Sequence record: MW349128.1
Direction: 5' to 3' (one strand)
Length of the DNA stretch: 64,000 nt
The notes beneath the pieces were generated by a model that ran no database searches, was not told the DNA's origin, and was given only the letters and a program-made list of their open reading frames with translations. Position 1 is the first letter of the stretch. The number at the start of each line of letters is the position of its first letter. Of this stretch, positions 63,996 to 64,000 are shown one piece after another. Position numbers and translations under genes: made by a program.

Positions 63996-64000
63996 ATTAA

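Overview
A very AT-rich 64-kb segment of a jumbo myophage of the AR9/PBS1-like group infecting a low-GC Firmicute. The gene set resembles Staphylococcus jumbo phages, but the host cannot be proven from this window. It encodes replication and chaperone genes (5'-3' exonuclease, GroEL, guanylate kinase, DnaB, SbcD, GyrB, GyrA), baseplate, tail and lysis genes, a multisubunit RNA polymerase beta C-terminal subunit, and many small accessory ORFs. Two recurring promoter motifs are present: early-type AATATATATTAT and AR9 late-type AACA-N6-TA. Main finding: a retron-like reverse transcriptase (33310-34863) is preceded by a ~0.95-kb non-coding ARRAY of four ~200-nt units. Each unit has a conserved hairpin repeat (loop TG(A/T)ATACG, then AAATTTAA) and a different, GC-richer, strongly structured ~110-180-nt insert. 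The array has its own promoter and 3' hairpin, and a translationally coupled 291-aa unknown gene follows the RT. Other findings: two 1653-nt IStron-like elements (group I intron + intact TnpB + omegaRNA, no TnpA) in a virion gene and in gyrB; four ORF-less miniature group I introns of 147-194 nt (one in gyrB, three in the RNAP gene, with an 18-nt micro-exon); and an intein beside the GyrA catalytic Tyr. All splice junctions were reconstructed by hand and restore conserved protein motifs. No database searches or folding programs were run.
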